A stretch of 43,493 nucleotides of DNA from a virus (lineage: Duplodnaviria > Caudoviricetes): positions 1-43,493 of the IMG/VR virus record IMGVR_UViG_3300024043_000020; one strand, written 5' to 3'. Below are positions 42,198 to 43,493 of the stretch, one piece after another. Each line of letters opens with the position of its first letter. Position 1 is the stretch's first letter. The notes under the pieces were generated by a model. That model had not been told where the DNA came from. It did no database searches and saw nothing but the letters and a program-made list of their open reading frames with translations. The translations under genes and the position numbers were made by a program.

Positions 42198-43493
<1,296 letters not shown>

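Overview
Most of the window is an apparently complete 40,728-bp transposable (Mu-like) prophage at 1339-42066, with TG...CA ends and a 6-bp target duplication (CGTAGT). Its layout is B3/BcepMu-type: mor at the left end, a leftward early operon, a central repressor, then rightward lysis, head and non-contractile tail genes. The prophage has jumped into the extreme end of a Tn4371-family ICE: the ICE integrase lies at <1-1196 and the ICE terminus at about 42073-42111. The ICE itself sits in the T-tail of the terminator of a host isocitrate lyase gene (aceA, probably betaproteobacterial). The most interesting observations are: (1) a peptidase-less repressor and the next gene, a 2-TM protein, share an ungapped 16-aa QxFxGx[IV]xGxVAGRD[IV] motif, suggesting homotypic or amyloid-type signalling; (2) a MuF head protein with a probable BECR-fold nuclease tail is followed by a ~90-nt four-way-junction RNA-like element with kissing loops instead of an immunity gene; (3) a Dam + DUF4031 + XF1762 (Mom/GNAT-like) cassette sits at the mom position behind a structured leader; (4) a Pro-rich micro-peptide is paired with a SLATT-like 2TM gene; (5) an antisense gene with its own promoter is nested in the early operon; (6) the tail-tip protein is fused to an Asp-box propeller and a LamG-like domain. 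All family assignments come from motif recognition and gene order, not from database searches.
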